This document shows, piece after piece, positions 44,228-61,538 of a DNA stretch of 64,000 nt. A program made the translations under genes and the position numbers. Under the pieces are notes generated by a model that was not told the DNA's origin, ran no database searches, and saw only the letters and a program-made list of their open reading frames with translations. Each line of letters begins with the position of its first letter. Within the stretch, counting starts at the first letter, position 1. Source of the DNA: Escherichia coli (GTDB lineage: Bacteria > Pseudomonadota > Gammaproteobacteria > Enterobacterales > Enterobacteriaceae); NCBI RefSeq assembly GCF_003334785.1, contig NZ_QOWV01000007.1. One strand, written 5' to 3'.

Positions 44228-45419
44228 GCAACTCTGGCGCTGGCATGGCATAACCGGCGACGGCAATGCGCAAGATGGGATGCTATGGGCAGAGAGCCGT
44301 ACTTTACTGCTTATGGCACTACAGCAACAGATGGTTACCCCACTAAGCCTGAAGCGAATCGCCATCAATTCTGCGCAGTGGCGAGGAGATAAAAGCGCGG
44401 AAGTCATTCATCAACTGGCGACGCTACTCAAAGCAGGGTTAACGCTTTCTGAAGGGCTGGCTCTGCTGGCGGAACAGCATCCCAGTAAGCAATGGCAAGC
44501 GTTGCTGCAATCGCTGGCGCACGATCTCGAACAGGGCATTGCTTTTTCCAATGCCTTATTACCCTGGTCAGAGGTATTTCCGCCGCTCTATCAGGCGATG
44601 ATCCGCACGGGTGAACTGACCGGTAAGCTGGATGAATGCTGCTTTGAACTGGCGCGTCAGCAAAAAGCCCAGCGTCAGTTGACCGACAAAGTGAAATCAG
44701 CGTTACGTTATCCCATCATCATTTTAGCGATGGCAATCATGGTGGTTGTGGCAATGCTGCATTTTGTTCTGCCGGAGTTTGCCGCTATCTATAAGACCTT
44801 CAACACCCCACTACCGGCACTAACGCAGGGGATCATGACGCTGGCAGACTTTAGTGGCGAATGGAGCTGGCTGCTGGTGTTGTTCGGCTTTCTGCTGGCG
44901 ATAGCCAATAAGTTGCTGATGCGCCGACCGACCTGGCTTATAGTGCGGCAGAAATTGCTGTTACGCATCCCGATTATGGGTTCACTGATGCGGGGACAAA
45001 AACTCACGCAGATCTTTACGATTCTGGCGCTGACACAAAGTGCAGGCATTACTTTTTTACAGGGCGTAGAGAGCGTCAGAGAAACAATGCGCTGCCCGTA
45101 CTGGGTGCAACTTCTGACACAAATCCAGCACGATATCAGTAACGGTCAACCCATCTGGCTGGCGCTAAAAAATACCGGTGAGTTTAGCCCGCTCTGTTTG
45201 CAATTAGTGAGAACAGGAGAGGCATCCGGCTCTCTGGATCTCATGTTAGACAACCTCGCCCATCATCATCGGGAAAACACAATGGCGCTGGCGGATAACC
45301 TCGCAGCCTTACTGGAACCGGCGTTGCTGATCATAACGGGAGGAATTATTGGTACGCTGGTGGTGGCAATGTATCTGCCAATTTTCCATTTAGGCGATGC
45401 GATGAGTGGGATGGGATAA
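44217..45419 (+). CDS. hofC: Type IV pilus inner-membrane platform protein (PilC/GspF-like)
   Basis: 400 aa; overlaps hofB by 11 nt. Confidence 0.93.
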   Translation: MASKQLWRWHGITGDGNAQDGMLWAESRTLLLMALQQQMVTPLSLKRIAINSAQWRGDKSAEVIHQLATLLKAGLTLSEGLALLAEQHPSKQWQALLQSLAHDLEQGIAFSNALLPWSEVFPPLYQAMIRTGELTGKLDECCFELARQQKAQRQLTDKVKSALRYPIIILAMAIMVVVAMLHFVLPEFAAIYKTFNTPLPALTQGIMTLADFSGEWSWLLVLFGFLLAIANKLLMRRPTWLIVRQKLLLRIPIMGSLMRGQKLTQIFTILALTQSAGITFLQGVESVRETMRCPYWVQLLTQIQHDISNGQPIWLALKNTGEFSPLCLQLVRTGEASGSLDLMLDNLAHHHRENTMALADNLAALLEPALLIITGGIIGTLVVAMYLPIFHLGDAMSGMG

Positions 45420-45453
45420 CGCTGGCGTGTTGCTCCACGCCAGCGTTGGGAGA

Positions 45454-46497
45454 TTACAGGTTGTTGAAGATGCGGTTTTCTTGTTCCTGCACACGAATAA
45501 ACGTGGTGCGCTTGGTCAGCTCTTTCAGGCGTGAAGCCCCAACGTATGTACAAGCTGAACGCAGGCCGCCCAAAATATCTCGCGCGGTATTTTCAACCGG
45601 GCCTCGCAGCGGCAGCTTAACGGTTTTACCTTCTGCTGCGCGATATTCCGCAACGCCGCCAACGTGACGTTTCATCGCAGACTCGGAGCTCATGCCGTAG
45701 AACAGCATAAATTTCTCGCCGTTCTCCTCAACGATGCGACCGCCGCTCTCTTCGTGGCCCGCCAGCATGCCGCCAAGCATGACGAAATCGGCACCGCCGC
45801 CAAAGGCTTTCGCCACATCGCCCGGCGTGGTGCAGCCACCATCGCTGACGATCATTCCGCCCAGACCGTGCGCAGCATCGGCACATTCGATTACCGCAGA
45901 AAGTTGCGGATAACCGACGCCTGTTTTGACGCGAGTTGTACAAACAGAACCTGGGCCAATGCCAACTTTAACGATATCGGCACCTGAGAGGATAAGCTCC
46001 TCACACATTTCACCAGTCACTACGTTACCAGCACAAATGGTTTTGGTCGGCCACGCTTCACGCGCTTTCGCAACGAACTGCACGAAGTGTTCGGAATAAC
46101 CATTCGCCACGTCAATACAAACGAAGTTTAATGCCGGGTTCAGGTCGAGAATCTGTTTAGTTTTTTCGAAATCCGCATCAGACGTACCGGTAGAAACCAT
46201 CACATGTTTCAGCACATCAGCGGAAGAATTGTTGATAAACGCTTGCCACTCTTCGACAGAATAGTGTTTATGCACAGCAGTCAAAATATCAAAAGAAGCC
46301 AGCGCAGAGGCCATAGAAAATGTGCCTACGGTGTCCATATTTGCGGCGATAATCGGCACGCCGGACCAGCTCTGACCTGAATGTTTGAAGGTGAATTGAC
46401 GTTCCAGTTCAACATCGGAACGGCTTTTAAGAGTGGAGCGTTTAGGGCGGATGAGAACGTCTTTAAAACCTAACTTCAGATCTTCTTCAATACGCAT
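45454..46497 (-). CDS. guaC: GMP reductase
   Basis: 347 aa; IMPDH/GMPR catalytic loop [11 protein letters not shown]. Confidence 0.95.
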
Positions 46498-46721
46498 GTG
46501 CGGATTCCTGGGGTTAATGGCTATAAGGGTAAGAGCGCAACTCCAGTGACGCTATCATACGCACTAATCAATGCGGCGCAAGACTGCGAAATTGTCTTTT
46601 TTTACGCTACAATCCCATAAATTTACCTGGTAAATAGTGAGCGAACGTTTCATCAATTTCGCTTTCGTGCACTCATTTTTAACGTTTTGATAATCATGAT
46701 GAATTCCCGGGAATATAAATT

Positions 46722-47342
46722 ATGAGGTATATAGTTGCCTTAACGGGAGGCATTGGCAGTGGCAAGAGTACCGTTGCCAATGCGTTTGCTGATCTCGGAA
46801 TTAACGTCATTGATGCCGATATTATTGCGCGTCAGGTGGTTGAACCAGGTGCACCTGCGCTACATGCCATTGCTGATCACTTTGGCGCTAACATGATTGC
46901 TGCTGATGGAACATTGCAGCGCCGGGCCTTGCGCGAGCGGATCTTCGCCAACCCGGAAGAGAAAAACTGGCTTAACGCCCTGCTGCATCCGCTGATTCAG
47001 CAAGAGACGCAACACCAGATCCAGCAAGCTACTTCCCCCTATGTACTGTGGGTTGTGCCATTGCTGGTAGAAAACTCACTGTATAAAAAAGCGAATCGAG
47101 TGCTTGTGGTGGATGTCAGCCCAGAAACGCAACTTAAGCGCACCATGCAGCGCGATGATGTAACTCGCGAGCATGTCGAACAAATCCTTGCTGCTCAGGC
47201 AACGCGCGAAGCCCGCCTTGCCGTGGCAGATGACGTCATTGATAATAACGGCGCACCGGATGCTATCGCATCGGATGTTGCCCGCCTGCACGCACACTAT
47301 TTGCAGCTTGCGTCGCAGTTTGTCTCACAGGAAAAACCGTAA
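46722..47342 (+). CDS. coaE: Dephospho-CoA kinase
   Basis: 206 aa; P-loop GGIGSGKST. Confidence 0.95.
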
Positions 47343-48085
47343 TGCAGACCCAGGTCCTTTTTGAACATCCACTAAATGAAAAAATGCGTACATGGCTGCG
47401 CATTGAGTTTTTGATTCAGCAACTCACCGTTAATTTACCCATCGTTGACCACGCTGGCGCGCTGCATTTCTTCCGTAATGTCAGTGAATTACTGGATGTT
47501 TTCGAGCGCGGCGAAGTCCGCACTGAGCTGTTGAAAGAACTTGACCGGCAGCAACGTAAACTCCAGACCTGGATTGGCGTGCCTGGCGTGGACCAGAGCC
47601 GTATTGAAGCATTAATTCAGCAGTTAAAAGCGGCGGGGAGCGTATTAATTTCCGCGCCGCGTATCGGGCAATTTCTGCGTGAAGATCGTTTGATTGCTCT
47701 GGTGCGTCAGCGACTGAGCATCCCAGGCGGCTGTTGCAGCTTTGATTTACCTACATTGCACATTTGGCTGCATCTACCCCAGGCGCAGCGCGACAGCCAG
47801 GTAGAAACCTGGATTGCCAGCCTGAACCCGCTCACCCAGGCACTTACCATGGTGCTGGATTTAATTCGCCAGTCGGCCCCCTTCCGTAAACAAACCAGCC
47901 TGAATGGTTTTTATCAGGATAACGGTGGCGATGCCGACTTGCTGCGCCTGAATCTGTCGCTCGATTCACAGCTTTATCCGCAAATTTCCGGACATAAGAG
48001 CCGTTTTGCCATTCGTTTTATGCCGCTGGACACTGAAAACGGACAGGTACCGGAACGTCTGGATTTCGAACTGGCCTGTTGCTAA
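47342..48085 (+). CDS. zapD: Cell division protein ZapD (FtsZ-associated)
   Basis: 247 aa; start overlaps coaE stop by 1 nt (TAATG). Confidence 0.93.
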
Positions 48086-48094
48086 GGAGTAAAA

Positions 48095-48292
48095 ATGTCA
48101 GAAACTATTACGGTGAATTGCCCAACCTGCGGGAAAACGGTGGTGTGGGGTGAAATCAGCCCGTTTCGGCCATTTTGCTCCAAACGTTGTCAGCTGATCG
48201 ACCTCGGAGAATGGGCTGCTGAAGAAAAACGAATCCCCAGCAGTGGCGATCTTTCCGAAAGCGATGACTGGAGCGAAGAACCAAAGCAGTGA
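48095..48292 (+). CDS. yacG: DNA gyrase inhibitor, zinc-ribbon protein
   Basis: 65 aa; CPTC...CSKRC zinc-binding motif. Confidence 0.93.
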
Positions 48293-48304
48293 CATTTGTC
48301 TGAT

Positions 48305-48507
<203 letters not shown>

Positions 48508-48512
<5 letters not shown>

Positions 48513-48897
48513 GACGTTTAAGCTTCGCAATTACCGGTTCATTGGCTGGCGGAAAATCATCGGCATTAAGACCGACCAGCGACATCCACTCACCGGGTTG
48601 CCCTTCTTTACCCCACGGCTCCCCTTCCCAGCGTTCGACCAGCCAAAACCACAGTGTTATATGCCTGTCCGGGAATTCATATTCCAGTTTTTCAAATAGC
48701 GAAAAATGTTGGGGGGTAATCCCGACTTCTTCCTGAAGTTCACGCACCACCGCCTGTTCCGGCGTTTCACCCATTTCAATTTTACCGCCGGGAAACTCCA
48801 GTTTATTCGCCATGTGCGCATCTGCTGCGCGACGCGTTATAAAGATTTCATTGTTCTCGTTGCGAATAATACCTACCGCAATTTGCAGCTTTTTCAT
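48508..48897 (-). CDS. mutT: 8-oxo-dGTP diphosphatase (Nudix hydrolase)
   Basis: 129 aa; Nudix box GGKIEMGETPEQAVVRELQEEVG. Confidence 0.95.
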
Positions 48898-48918
48898 TGT
48901 CTTAAACCTATAAAAAAG

Positions 48919-48936
48919 GCGCAGAATCCTGCGCCT
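48919..48936 (-). terminator. Hairpin with flanking U/A runs between secA and mutT
   Basis: aaaaaa-ggcgca-gaatcc-tgcgcc-tttt read directly. Confidence 0.55.
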
Positions 48937-48956
48937 TTTACTTCAACAGTTAGCTT

Positions 48957-51662
48957 TTATTGCAGGCGGCCATGGCACTGCTTGTATTTTTTACCAGAAC
49001 CGCACGGGCAAGGATCGTTACGTCCTACTTTGCGCTCTCCGGTTTGCGCCGCCAGTGCAGCTGCGGCTGCAGAGTCGTCATCCTGATGGCTAAGCTGCTG
49101 CATTTGCGCTAAACGCTCGGCTTCCATACGACGCTGTTGTTCCAGCTCCTCAACCTCTTCAGGCATACGTACCTGAACTTTGCTCAGCGTACTGATAACT
49201 TCATATTTCAACGACTCCAGCATCGCTGCAAACATGGAGAACGATTCACGTTTGTATTCCTGCTTCGGATCTTTCTGTGCGTAGCCACGCAGGTGGATAC
49301 CCTGACGCAGATAGTCCATCGCTGCCAGGTGCTCTTTCCACAGGGAGTCAAGCGTTTGCAGCATGACGCCTTTCTCGAAGTGACGCATCATCTCAGCACC
49401 AACCACTTCTTCTTTACGCTGATACACTTCGATGGACTGCGCCAGAATGCGCTCACGCAGCGTCTCTTCATGCAGTTCTGGTTCTTTATCCAGCCACTCG
49501 GCAATTGGCAAATCGAGGTCGAAATCGTTCTTCAGACGTTCCTGCAGCCCCGGAATATCCCACATTTCTTCCAGCGACTGTGGTGGAATGTAGGCATCAA
49601 TGGTCGCTTTGAACACATCTTCACGAATGCTGTTAATGGTTTCGCTCACATCGCTGACATCCAACAGTTCGTTACGCTGGGAGTAAATGGCGCGACGCTG
49701 ATCGTTAGCCACGTCATCATATTCCAGCAGTTGCTTACGAATGTCGAAGTTACGGCTTTCAACTTTACGCTGGGCGTTGGCAATCGCTTTAGTCACCCAC
49801 GGGTGTTCAATGGCTTCGCCTGGCTTCATACCCAGTTTACGCATCATGCCGGATACTCGGTCGGAAGCAAAAATACGCATCAGCGCATCTTCCATCGACA
49901 GGTAGAAACGGGAAGAACCAGCATCCCCCTGACGACCAGAACGACCGCGCAACTGGTTATCGATACGACGGGATTCGTGACGCTCGGTACCGATGATATG
50001 CAGGCCACCTGCTTCCAGTACCGCATCGTGACGTACCTGCCAGTCGGCTTTAATTTTTTCAATTTGCTCTGCGGTCGGATTTTCCAGCGCGGCAACTTCT
50101 GCCTGCCAGCTACCACCGAGCACAATATCTGTACCACGACCCGCCATATTGGTCGCGATAGTCACCGCAGCCGGATAACCTGCCTGAGCAACAATCGCCG
50201 CTTCGTTGGCGTGGAATTTGGCGTTCAGGACGTTGTGCTTAATACCGGCTTTGGTCAGTTCGTTTGACACCAGCTCCGATTTTTCGATGGAGATAGTACC
50301 CACCAGCACCGGCTGGCCTTTCGCAGTACGTTCTTTGATATCTTCAATGATCGCCTGAATTTTTTCCGCTTCAGTCATGTAGACCAGGTCCGGCAGATCT
50401 TTACGAATCATTGGACGGTTGGTCGGAACAACGACGGTATCCAGCTTGTAGATTGAGCTAAATTCGAAAGCTTCGGTATCAGCAGTACCGGTCATCCCCG
50501 CCAGTTTTTCATACAGACGGAAGTAGTTCTGGAAGGTGATCGAAGCCAGCGTTTGGTTTTCGTTCTGGATCTGCACACCTTCTTTCGCTTCCACAGCCTG
50601 GTGCAGACCATCGGACCAGCGACGGCCCTGCATGGTACGACCGGTGTGTTCGTCAACGATGATAACTTCACCATCTTTAACGATGTAGTCGACGTCACGG
50701 GTAAACAGCGCATGAGCGCGCAGCGCCGCCGTTACGTGGTGCATCAGCATGATGTTGGCCGGAGAGTACAGAGACTCCCCTTCATCCATGATGCCCTCTT
50801 TCACCAGCAGTTCTTCAATCAGCACCAGACCACGTTCGGTCAGGTTCACCTGGCGAGATTTTTCGTCCACCGAGAAGTGGCCTTCGCCCTGGAAGGTTTC
50901 GGAGTCTTCTTTTTCCTGACGGATCAGGTGCGGAATAATTTTATTCACGCGTTTATACATTTCCGAGCTGTCTTCTGCCGGGCCGGAAATGATCAGCGGT
51001 GTACGCGCTTCATCGATCAGGATGGAGTCCACTTCGTCCACCAGCGCATAGTGCAGTTTACGCTGTACACGTTCTTCAGGGCTGAACGCCATGTTGTCGC
51101 GCAGGTAGTCAAAGCCGTATTCGTTGTTCGTACCGTAAGTGATGTCAGCTGCGTAAGCTTCGCGCTTTGCCGGTGCTGGCATGCCCGGCAGGTTGATACC
51201 GACAGTCAGGCCAAGGAATTCAAACAGCGGACGGTTGTTTTCGGCGTCACGTTGCGCCAGGTAGTCGTTGACGGTAACTACGTGCACGCCTTTACCGGTT
51301 AGTGCGTTCAGGTAAGCAGGCAGCGTTGCGGTCAGGGTTTTTCCTTCACCGGTACGCATTTCGGCGATGCAGCGTTCGTTAAGAACCATACCGCCGAGTA
51401 ACTGAACGTCGAAGTGACGCATACCAAAGACGCGCTTACTTGCCTCACGTACCACGGCGAAAGCTTCCGGGATCAGATTTTCCAGCACTTCGCCTTTTTC
51501 CAGACGTGCACGAAACTCTGCGGTTTTCCCTTTCAGTTCTTCGTCGGAGAGTTTTTCCATCTCCGGTTCCATGGCATTGATGATGTTGACCACTTTGCGC
51601 ATCCGGCGCAGGGTGCGATCGTTACGACTACCGAAAACTTTAGTTAACAATTTGATTAGCAT
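48957..51662 (-). CDS. secA: Preprotein translocase ATPase SecA
   Basis: 901 aa; C-terminal zinc-binding [14 protein letters not shown]. Confidence 0.97.
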
Positions 51663-51723
51663 AATAAAATCTCAAACGCCCCGCGTTGCGGAGTTAATAA
51701 AATGAAGTAAAGGTTTATTGTTG

Positions 51724-52440
<717 letters not shown>

Positions 52441-52466
52441 AATTTTATACGACAGTATAAATGTCG

Positions 52467-53405
<939 letters not shown>

Positions 53406-53484
53406 CTATCCAACCGAAGTGTACTATACATTCGGCGGGCCAGTTTAGCACAAAGAGCCTCGAAACCCAAATTCCAGTCAATTC

Positions 53485-54636
53485 TTAATCAGCTTGCTTA
53501 CGCAGGAATGCTGGGATATCCAGATAATCCGGCTCTTTCGCAGTTTGCGGCGCATTGTCATTCACGACTTTAGCAACCGGCTTCTGCTCCTGGGTCAGCG
53601 GAGCCATCCCATGCTGCTGGTAGCGATCCATCACTGGCTGCTGAACCTGCTTATTGGTCACCAGAGTGATTTCAGGACGTTTGTCCATGCCGATACCTGT
53701 CGCAACAACGGTTACGCGCAGCTCGTCATTCATATCCGGGTCAAGAGAAGTACCGATAACCACAGTCGCGTTGTCGGAAGCAAATGCACGGATGGTGTTA
53801 CCTACCGTTTCGAACTCATCCAGACGCAGGTCGAAGCCCGCCGTGATGTTAACCAGCACGCCGCGCGCGCCAGACAGGTCGATATCTTCCAGCAGCGGAG
53901 AAGAGATAGCCATTTCAGCAGCTTCTTCCGCACGGTCTTCACCGCTCGCCACGCCAGAACCCATCATTGCGTAGCCCATCTCAGACATTACGGTGCGTAC
54001 GTCTGCAAAGTCCACGTTCATCAAACCCGGACGAGTAATCAGTTCAGCGATACCTTGCACAGCGCCTTTCAGTACATCGTTCGCTGCGCCAAACGCATCC
54101 AGCAGGGAGATACCGCGGCCCAGAACTTTCAGCAGTTTGTCGTTCGGGATAGTGATCAGAGAGTCCACATGCTTGGACAGTTCAGTGATCCCCTGCTCCG
54201 CGAATGCCATACGCTTCTTGCCTTCAAAGTTGAAAGGCTTAGTGACGACAGCAACGGTCAGGATACCCAAATCTTTTGCCACTTCAGCGACGACTGGTGC
54301 TGCACCTGTACCGGTACCACCACCCATACCCGCAGCAATAAAGACCATGTCTGCACCTTCCAGCGCCGCACGCAATGCATCGCGATCCTCATCAGCCGCA
54401 TTGCGGCCAACTTCTGGATTAGCGCCAGCGCCCAGTCCTTTGGTGATACCGCTACCGATTTGAATCGTCTGTCCAACCGCTGTTTTACGCAGCGCTTGTG
54501 CATCGGTATTTACCGCGAAGAATTCAACACCTTCAATGCGCTCGCGCACCATGTGTTCAACAGCATTACCGCCGCCGCCGCCGACGCCGATGACTTTAAT
54601 CACCGCGTCATTGGTAAGTTCCATTGGTTCAAACAT
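53485..54636 (-). CDS. ftsZ: Cell division GTPase FtsZ
   Basis: 383 aa; tubulin signature GGGTGTG. Confidence 0.98.
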
Positions 54637-54696
54637 AGTTTCTCTCCGATTTGTGCCTGTCGCCTGAGGCCGTAATCATCGTCGGCCTCATAAAAA

Positions 54697-55959
54697 TTAA
54701 AACTCTTTTCGCAGCCAACTATTGAGTCGCTTGATCCACGAGCCAACTGATGCTGTAACACGTTTTTCTACTTCAGCTTCACCGTTAAGATGTGACTCTT
54801 TCCCATAGTGAAGCAATCCCACCGCCGTCGAATAATACGGCTCCTGAGCATAATCCGTTAAACCGGTAATGTTCAGCGGCGCGCCGATACGCACTTGCGT
54901 ATGAAACACGCGCTGAGCACAGGCTGCAAGACCTTCGATCTGCGCTGCGCCACCGGTTAATACAATGCCTGCCGCCAGGTGATGTTTAACCCCTTGTTGG
55001 CGAAGCTTTTCCTGCAACTGCAATATCTCTTCGTTGACCAGGTTGAGCAGCTCGGTATAGCGCGGCTCGATCACCTCTGCCAGTGTCTGACGTTGCAGAC
55101 TCCGTGGCGGACGACCACCTACGCTCGGCACTTCCACGCTCTCATCTTTTCCAACGATGGAACCCAGCGCACAACCGTGGCGAACTTTAATCGCTTCGGC
55201 GTCGCTTGGCGGCGTGCCAAAGGCGTAAGCGATATCACTGGTCACGACATTGCCAGCATAAGGAATTACCTTAGTGTGGCGCAATGCCCCACCGGTATAA
55301 ACGGCGATATCCATTGTACCACCACCGATATCGACGACGCAGACACCCAGTTCACGTTCATCTTCCGTCAATACCGAATAACTTGATGCCAGTCCGGCAA
55401 ATATCAGTTGGTCAACTTTCAGCCCACAACGTTCAACCGCTTTGACGATGTTTTTCGCCATATCGTTGTGACATGTGATCAGGTGCACTTTTGCCTGCAT
55501 CCGCACGCCCGAAAGTCCTACCGGATTCTTGATCCCTTCCTGATAGTCAATCGCATACTCTTGCGGGATCACATGCAGCACACGATGCTCATCGCGCACA
55601 CGCACCGATTTCGCGGTATGGACGACGTTTTCCACATCTTCTTGCGTCACTTCTTCTTCAGAAATAGGCACCATACCAATTTCATTCTGGCAGCTGATGT
55701 GCTTACCAGAAAGCGCCAGATATACCGAAGAGATCTGACAATCTGCCATCAATTCTGCCTGGTCAATGGCGCGTTGTACGCACTTGACCACGGATTCGAG
55801 GTCGTTCACCCCGCCTTTATCCATACCACGCGACGGGCAGCTGCCCACGCCAATGATATTGACCATACCGTCGGGCAGAACTTCCCCTACTAAAGCGGCA
55901 ACCTTCGCGGTACCAATCTCCAGTCCTACTACCAGTTTTCTGTCCGTCGCCTTGATCAT
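54697..55959 (-). CDS. ftsA: Cell division protein FtsA (actin-like ATPase)
   Basis: 420 aa; 4-nt overlap with ftsQ. Confidence 0.97.
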   Translation of the reverse strand: MIKATDRKLVVGLEIGTAKVAALVGEVLPDGMVNIIGVGSCPSRGMDKGGVNDLESVVKCVQRAIDQAELMADCQISSVYLALSGKHISCQNEIGMVPISEEEVTQEDVENVVHTAKSVRVRDEHRVLHVIPQEYAIDYQEGIKNPVGLSGVRMQAKVHLITCHNDMAKNIVKAVERCGLKVDQLIFAGLASSYSVLTEDERELGVCVVDIGGGTMDIAVYTGGALRHTKVIPYAGNVVTSDIAYAFGTPPSDAEAIKVRHGCALGSIVGKDESVEVPSVGGRPPRSLQRQTLAEVIEPRYTELLNLVNEEILQLQEKLRQQGVKHHLAAGIVLTGGAAQIEGLAACAQRVFHTQVRIGAPLNITGLTDYAQEPYYSTAVGLLHYGKESHLNGEAEVEKRVTASVGSWIKRLNSWLRKEF

Positions 55960-56786
55960 TGTTGTTCTGCCTGTGCCTGATTTTGTTGCTGAGTAGATTC
56001 CTCTGGCGGCAAGGGCGCCCAGCCTACTGCCGCTCCAGAGTCATAACGCAAATCAACGTAGCTAATCCGTTTGCCATCGGTTTGCGCCTGCTGCTGTAAA
56101 ACCGGATAAAGTTCTACAAAGCGAGCCAAACGTTTCATCGTATCGCCCCGGCCAAGATTGAGCTTAATATCGTTATTCAGCGTCAACTGCCAGGAACGCC
56201 GCGCGGTCATCGCCGCTTCCTTCAGAGTAAATCTGTCCTTTGCCAGCATCTGCCCCATTTCGCGATAGCCCTGCAACACTTCATTGGCGCTGCCTTCCGG
56301 GCCATACAGCATTGGAAGCACCTGCTTGCTGGTGCGTTCTGGCGGCACGCTGAAGGTATTTCCTTCCGCGTCTACCATATGTTGATCATTCCACCGCGCA
56401 ATCGGCACATATTCAACCAGATGAATCTTCAATTCATCAGGCCACTGCTTTCTGACGCTCACCTGCTTAATCCACGGCAGGCGTTGTTCTATTTGCGTCT
56501 GGATGATGTTGACATCCTGGGTCATAAAGGTACCCGGCTCACCCAATGCCAGGATCGACTGCCGGATATCGTCATTACGTGTGTAATGGCGTTCACCGGT
56601 CAACACCAGCTTTGAGAGCGGCAGGCGTTGCGCATCTTCCATCCAGCCCAACACGACCCAGCCGCTCACCAACACTGTCGTTAAAACGGTCAGCAGGAAA
56701 AGGATCCCCGCCAGACGCGTTCCATTATTGCGGCGAGAAGAAACCTCTTCTTCGCTGTTTCGCGTGTTCAGAGCAGCCTGCGACAT
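55956..56786 (-). CDS. ftsQ: Cell division protein FtsQ
   Basis: 276 aa, single transmembrane helix followed by POTRA domain. Confidence 0.95.
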   Translation of the reverse strand: MSQAALNTRNSEEEVSSRRNNGTRLAGILFLLTVLTTVLVSGWVVLGWMEDAQRLPLSKLVLTGERHYTRNDDIRQSILALGEPGTFMTQDVNIIQTQIEQRLPWIKQVSVRKQWPDELKIHLVEYVPIARWNDQHMVDAEGNTFSVPPERTSKQVLPMLYGPEGSANEVLQGYREMGQMLAKDRFTLKEAAMTARRSWQLTLNNDIKLNLGRGDTMKRLARFVELYPVLQQQAQTDGKRISYVDLRYDSGAAVGWAPLPPEESTQQQNQAQAEQQ

Positions 56787-56787
56787 A

Positions 56788-59176
<2,389 letters not shown>

Positions 59177-59229
59177 TCTTTACGCCATTAACTTCTTAAA
59201 TTCATACGATGCAAAAGGCATCGCTACAA

Positions 59230-60297
59230 TTACGCCCGGGCAACCCGGCTCACTTCATTTGCCACTCGCTCGGTGGCATCCGGAATGGATGCAGCGCGGG
59301 CGCGTTCTGCCATGGTTAATAAGGTTTCTCGCGACCACCCGGCCAGGGTGTTGGCGACAGCATCCACGCTAAGCTGTGGCTGCTCGATAATTTTGGCTGC
59401 GCCCGCTTTTTCCAGCGGTAGCGCATTCCAGTATTGCTGGCGGTCTTTATGTTGAAACGGCACAAACAACGCCGGTAGTCCTGCCGCGGCGATTTCACTC
59501 ACCGTTAACGCACCGGAGCGGCAAACGACGACATCCGCCCACGCATACGCCGCCGCCATATCATCAATAAATTCCGTCACTTTATGCTGCGGTTGCCCCG
59601 CTTCGGCATACGCCTGTTCAACGGATTGTTGCGAACCTTTGCCGCTCTGATGCCAGATAGTGACTGAATCACCCAGTTTCGCAGCAACCTGCGGCATTGT
59701 CTGGTTAAGAATGCGTGCGCCCTGAGAACCACCCACTACCAGCACACGAACCGGACCTTCACGTCCAGCCAAACGTTGCTGCGGCAACGGCAGCGCCAAC
59801 ACATCGGTACGCACCGGGTTACCCACTACTTCCGCATTAGGGAAAGCACCTGGAAACGCCTGCATCACTTTGGTGGCAATCTTCGCCAGCCATTTATTGG
59901 TTAAGCCCGCAATACCGTTTTGTTCATGAAGTACAACCGGAATGCCTAACGACCACGCGGCCAGACCACCTGGACCTGACACGTAGCCTCCCATACCGAG
60001 CACCACGTCAGGTTTGTACGCTTTCATAATCGCCCGCGCCTGACGCCAGGCGTTGAAGATACGCAGCGGGGCAGCTATCAGTGCTTTTATACCTTTTCCA
60101 CGCAGACCAGAGATACGAATGAAATCAATTTCGATGCCATGTTTTGGCACTAAGTCCGCTTCCATACGGTCGGCAGTCCCCAGCCAGCGAACTTGCCAAC
60201 CCTGAGCCATTAGATGGTGCGCAACCGCCAGTCCCGGGAATACATGTCCACCGGTTCCGCCTGCCATCACCATTAATCGCTTTCCTTGACCACTCAT
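59230..60297 (-). CDS. murG: Lipid II synthase (UDP-GlcNAc:undecaprenyl-PP-MurNAc-pentapeptide GlcNAc transferase)
   Basis: 355 aa; G-loop [10 protein letters not shown]. Confidence 0.96.
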
Positions 60298-61538
60298 CGT
60301 GAACCTCGTACAAACGCCTGCGCTTTCTCCAGACGCGTTTCATAATCAATACGCAACAGCATCATGATGGCTGTCGACATAATCAGTAAGCTCGAACCAC
60401 CGTAACTGATCAGCGGCAATGTCAGACCTTTGGTCGGTAACATCCCCGCCGCCGCGCCTACGTTAACCAGCGCCTGGAAGCTAAACCAGATGCCAATAGA
60501 ACAGGCGAGAAAACCGGAAAAACGGTGGTCAATTTCTAATGCTTTACGGCCAATCGACATCGCGCGAAAAGCGACGAAGAATACCATTAAAAGTGCCAGC
60601 ACCACACCGACATACCCCAGTTCTTCGCCGATAATGGCGAAAATAAAGTCAGTGTGCGCTTCCGGCAGATACTCCAGTTTTTGTACCGAGTTACCTAAAC
60701 CTTGCCCCCAAAGTTCGCCGCGACCAAACGCCATCAGCGATTGCGTTAACTGATAGCCGCTGCCAAAGGGATCTTCCCACGGGTTCCAGAATGCGGTAAC
60801 ACGGCGGATACGGTACGGTTCGGCGAGTATCAGCAACACAACCGCTGAAATGCCCATACCGATAATGGCAATGAACTGCCACAATTTCGCTCCCGCCAGG
60901 AACAACATCGCCAGCGTAGTCACAAACAACACCACCACCGTACCAAGGTCTGGCTGTGCCAGCAGTAACACTGCCAACACCAGAATCACGCCCATCGGTT
61001 TCAGGAAGCCGCGCAGGTTATTACGTACTTCGTCGCCTTTACGCACCAGATAGTTGGCGATATAGCAAAACAGCGACAGTTTTGTCAGCTCCGCAGGCTG
61101 GATACGCAGCAAACCGAGATCGATCCAACGCGATGCCCCTTTAACCGAGCTACCCACTACCAGGACGATCATCAGCAGGATGATAGATCCGAGCAGCATC
61201 GTGGCACTGTAGCGTTGCCAGAACTCCATCGGCAGACGCAGCGTAATGATCGCCAGAATAAACGCCAAAATCAGATAGACACCATCACGCTTCGCGAAGA
61301 AGAACGGATCGTTGGTTAAGCGTTGCCCTATGGGCATTGACGCCGAGGTCACCATGATAAAGCCAATCGCCGCGAGGCCGAAGGTCAGCCACAGTAAGGT
61401 GCGATCGTACATGATCAGGCTGTCGGTATCTTTTTCCCGCGAGCCCATCACCCAGCCCTTTAGCGCCGTGGAGATCCAGACCAGGATACTGAATCCTGGC
61501 AGGCGCGGCATTTTCAGGCGAGGGAGAGATAAACGCAT
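60294..61538 (-). CDS. ftsW: Peptidoglycan glycosyltransferase FtsW (SEDS family)
   Basis: ORF track 60294..61541 starts at a TTG; trimmed to ATG at 61538 giving [13 protein letters not shown], 414 aa. Confidence 0.95.

Noticed and set aside
49137-51302. Plus-strand ORFs of 376 and 249 aa
   Set aside because: Antisense to secA, with no independent support.
53494-54675. 393-aa plus-strand ORF
   Set aside because: Antisense to ftsZ; a shadow ORF across one of the most conserved genes in the window.
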